A DNA stretch of 64,000 nt, taken from positions 36,580,001 to 36,644,000 of the forward strand of contig CM059435.1 of assembly GCA_030390025.1 (NCBI GenBank), read 5' to 3'. Shown one piece after another: positions 60,221 to 64,000 of this stretch (positions are counted from its first letter, which is position 1; each line of letters opens with the position of its first letter). A program made the position numbers and the translations under genes. This DNA is from Squalus acanthias (lineage: Eukaryota). Under the pieces are notes generated by a model. That model was not told where the DNA came from. It saw only the letters and a program-made list of their open reading frames with translations, and did not search any database.

Positions 60221-61254
60221 GCTGCTTTTGATTTTTTTGTGTTTAATCAATTAGTTAATTGGTTGAAATGAGCACAGATCTGTTAAGTTACCAATTACTA
60301 ATTTTTGCCCTACATGTTTATAATGCTTTTGAGAAGTGATGCCCTGAGATGTAATCGTTTGATGTCTGACACCGCAGAGACCACATTTGTAGGCGAGATG
60401 TCTTTGAAAGGTGTGCTGTGAAAGACATGCTAGATGTAAGACTTTTAGTTATATAATGTGGCCAACAGTATGATATAAAAATATGCATATATCATGCTGG
60501 CCATAATGCTCTTGTGAATTCCTAACTTCCAGTTAGTAAAGTTTATCATAGTACTGGACTGATCTTGACATATCCTTTTGTTGAATATGAAGTTTTCATT
60601 TGTTGCACAGCAGCTTTGTGTAATTTTATAAATTATTTGTAACAGAAGAAACTGCGCCAGAACTTATTACCAATGCAGCACATGACAGCCAACAGATAGA
60701 TCATTGTGCTGTTGCAATTACATCTAGTCATGAGTTATTTCAGGAGTTTATTGAGTATAAATGGTTCCATAAGCAACAGATATCAGTGACTTTTAATTTT
60801 TTTCACTTGCATATCCACAACGAATTACATTTATACAGAAAACACCCCAAAGTGCGTCACCGAGGAGAAAGCTACTGTGGGCAGTAATGGAAGAGTTTGG
60901 AGTGCTGACTGGCACGAGTTCTAATAGGCGATACCATCCACCAGTCCTACCTCCATTTGTGATGTCATTTTGCAAGGGGGAGCACACAGGAACTGCCTGC
61001 AACCCTCTCCCCCCCAGGAAACCCCAGAGCTTCTCAAATGTAGCAAAGACCCAGCACAACTGGATCCCACCACAAATTCCACTGCCACCTGTGCTGATTG
61101 TGCCCTGAATCCACCTAAAACATCACTCATTTTCAAGGTCAGTATTTTTAAGCTGAATATATTTGCCTGAAACAGCACACTAGAGGGAGCTTTGGCACTA
61201 ACGTTAGAATGTTGGATATTTGTAATTATAAGTTGGCTCCTAAGAAGAAATATA

Positions 61255-62135
61255 CAGGCTGACTTCAATATAACGAACCCTGCTTATAATGAACAGCCGG
61301 TTTTAACGATGCTAATGGCAAGACCCGATTTTTTTTCAATGGAAATCAGCCCTACTACAATGAACATTTGAGCAGGATCAGCCCGGCTACAACGGTGGAA
61401 TTCAAGCTGAGGCTAATTGAAAGATAACCAATTGTAGTGTGAATCCCGCATTTGTTGCCTGTTAAGGCACATCTGCACGCAAACTGAAATGAGGCAACTG
61501 GTAGAGGCAACTGCAATGAGGAAACAGGCATGTGTGTGAAGATGGCGAGTAAGAGATTTCTTTGTCTCTGAAAACAGAACTTCAAATCATCGATGATTTG
61601 GACCATAAAGGAAAATTGCAAGCCACAATCTGCAAAGAACTCTGCTTAGCAAAGAGCACTGCTACAATCGTGTGGGTCAGCAGAGGAAACATCAAGTCTG
61701 CTATCGTCGAAGAACGTCGAGCCAGAGAAAACAAATCCACACTGTGACTCATGAAGATCTTGATGAAGAAGTCTATCGCTGATTTAAAATGATTAGAGAG
61801 AGTAATAGAACATTATTGAATCAGTGACATTGAATCGGGGAGAGGATGAGGACGAGGACATAGAAGGCACAGAACCAGTTATCCCTTCACTGGATGACTG
61901 AGGATCTTTTTGGACTGGTTAACAAGGTAGAAACAGTGTGCATTGAGAAAAGCATGAATAATATGAAACAGTGTACACTGTATAGCTTTTTTAACATAAA
62001 GAACTGATGTTTAATTCAAATTGGTCATTTCTTTATTTTTAAGATGCGGCAAATCGCCAAAAACTACTATAGTGAACACCCTGATATAAGGGATCTGTCA
62101 GACTCAAGCGGGTTCATTATAGTGAAGTTCGCATA
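61255..62135 (+). mobile_element. Tigger/pogo element, internally deleted
   Basis: Imperfect 26-bp TIRs (CAGGCTGACTTCAATATAACGAACCC); TA TSD; CENP-B-type HTH remnant SLKTELQIIDDL..ICKELCLAKST. Confidence 0.82.
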
Positions 62136-62317
62136 TATACAATATATATTCATAATATTGAAAAGAAAAGCAATGTTATTAAATATGATATAACTTTTAG
62201 TATAAGATAATTTTATCAAGCTAATCCTTTCACTTCTGCTTGTCTCAGTCTCATAAAGTGGGGTGTGAAAGTTGAACAGAATCTGAAGGAAATTGCAATA
62301 TGACTAGAAACTTGTTC

Positions 62318-62690
62318 AAAAGCAAAATACTGCAGATGCTGGAAATCTGAAATAAAAACAGAAAATGCTGGAAATACTCAGCAGGTCAGGCAACATCTGT
62401 GGAGAGAGAAACAGAGTTAACGTTTCAGGTCGATGACCCTTCGTCAGAACTGGAAAAAGTTAGAGATGTAACAGGTTTTAAGCAAGTACAGAGGCAAGGA
62501 AAGGGGGAAGGAGAGGAAAGAACAAAAGGGAAGGTCTGTGATAGGGTAGAAGGCAGGAGAGATTAAAAGACAAAAGGGATGATGGCGCAAGGCAAAAAGA
62601 GATGGTAAGGGGACAAGTAAAGAAACAAAAGATGGGTCTAGAAGAGGGGTAAATGGGAATAGCAGAAACATCAACAGCTGCCGTCCGAAA
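62318..62690. mobile_element. Penelope terminal fragment
   Basis: AAAATACTGCAGATGCTGGAAATCTGAAATAAAAACAGAAAATGCTGG, same family as 56340. Confidence 0.85.
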
Positions 62691-63577
62691 AAAGCATCAA
62701 AAGCTGCCGTTAGAAACTTGATGCCACCTTTTGGTGCAAATCTGCACAAATGTAATTGCAGAATTTCAATTGATCATTTTATAGAATGTAACTTACACAG
62801 TATTTTAAAAGGATGCATTAATTTCAATACAGTTAAGCTGCTGAAACTGAGAAATCATTGAAATTATGAAAGGGCTTGTTTTTAACAACAGTAATGTGTC
62901 TGTTGGGATGCTGTGTTGAAAGTTCCCTATTAAAGAAAGAAAACAAAAACTTGCATTTATATAGCACCTTTCACAACCACCGGACGTCCCAAAGCGCTTT
63001 ACAGCCAATGAAGTACTTTTTGATGTGTAGTCACTACTGTAATGCTACTTATTATGATATAGAAGCCTAACATGATCTTTTCACATTTTATGGTTATGTG
63101 TGTCTAAAATTTAATATGGGAGAGGGTTTAATTTTACTATTGAGAACATTATCTGCAGAGTTACAAATTATTCCCAATCCAGCTAAGAATATCAATGGAG
63201 ATGTGCAATACCAAAAATAACCAGTAGATGTCACCATTGGCAGTATCTGAAAACCAATAAACCTGTTCCATATCAGTAACTGTAAAAAAAAACTCCATGC
63301 AGTATAATAAAGTAATTCAATTTTATTAAATAAATCACTGTTAAGATCCAATTGGCAAAGATTATTTTGTCAGTACAAATAATTAATCAATTGGTTCATT
63401 CTGTGAATTTCCCAACCTTTACAAAAGTGAAAAACCTTCCTGTGATAATTGCAGTTATTAAAACTAAATTGTTGCACCAAAAGATATAAGGAAAATAGCA
63501 AAGAAATATGTGTTTTAACTCTACTGTGATTCCATCTCATTAGCATAAAGCTCAGATTCTTTAGGTTATTTTATAAA

Positions 63578-63912
63578 CGGTGTGCATCTACTGGCTTGAA
63601 ACACCTCATTTATGCCTGGTGTATCTTGGACTATAGAAATGATCATATTGAACATGAATGCCACTTCTCAATTCTGCTCTGGGGTTGATAATGAAAAAAG
63701 TTCTGGAGCATTATTTTGTAATCAGTAAATTGGATTATTTCAATATTACATCAATATTAAAACATTTCGATCAGTCTGACATGCACAGAAACCCATCACT
63801 ATGCTTAATAATTTGCAAAACAAACTATTGAGAAATCCGCATAGTAGAGTTTCTGTTGCCTGATATGGATGGAGTGCACATTTCCGCACCCAAGATGGCT
63901 AAGGCCAGCTTA
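63578..63912 (+). repeat. Second, uninterrupted copy of the unclassified repeat at 56035-57238
   Basis: Colinear with 56050-56331 plus 57176-57238 and lacks the Penelope insert. Confidence 0.85.
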
Positions 63913-64000
63913 ACTTAGACACAGGTTATCAAGAGCTAAGGCTTGTGGACCCCAAAATGAGCAGAGGAGTAATGAGCTGGTGTTTAACCAGCTAGAACTA

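Noticed and set aside
60230-60800. Possible enhancer with homeobox/TCF-like motifs
   Set aside because: Short AT-rich motifs are expected by chance; unsupported without conservation data.
1-64000. Exons of expected syntenic neighbours SLC9A8 and SNAI1
   Set aside because: No Na+/H+ exchanger or SNAG/C2H2 coding sequence was recognised; they probably lie outside the window.

Overview
Vertebrate genomic DNA, almost certainly from a shark or other cartilaginous fish. The repeat content points that way: an HE1-type V-SINE, SacSINE1-like Deu-SINEs, abundant CR1/L2/Penelope copies and Harbinger MITEs. Two protein-coding genes lie head-to-head. SPATA2 is on the minus strand (coding exons 30219-30530 and 17128-18420, 534 aa; PUB domain, HOIP-binding PIM, C-terminal Cys/His fingers; predicted non-coding exon 1 ending at 34400). 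RNF114 is on the plus strand (6 exons, 39487-50189, 228 aa; RING, C2HC, two C2H2/Di19 fingers, UIM). This matches the arrangement at human 20q13. Most of the remaining sequence is transposon-derived, often nested, with resolvable TIRs and TSDs. Most notable observations: (1) a candidate unannotated minus-strand spliced unit at about 0.4-3.9 kb, with a consensus RFX X-box and three ATG-bearing upstream exons in three different phases, just downstream of a co-oriented 1.4-kb solo LTR; (2) a SPATA2 5'UTR with a strong-Kozak uORF and a 4-nt tandem acceptor that would switch a short uORF into an overlapping ORF; (3) two tandem B-box1-like fingers in SPATA2; (4) a SPATA2 promoter built from a 60-bp NRF1+Sp1 tandem repeat; (5) a four-layer nested insertion with an empty-site copy in the same window. 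No CRISPR array, rRNA or genuine tRNA gene was found. All homology statements are from recall, not database searches.
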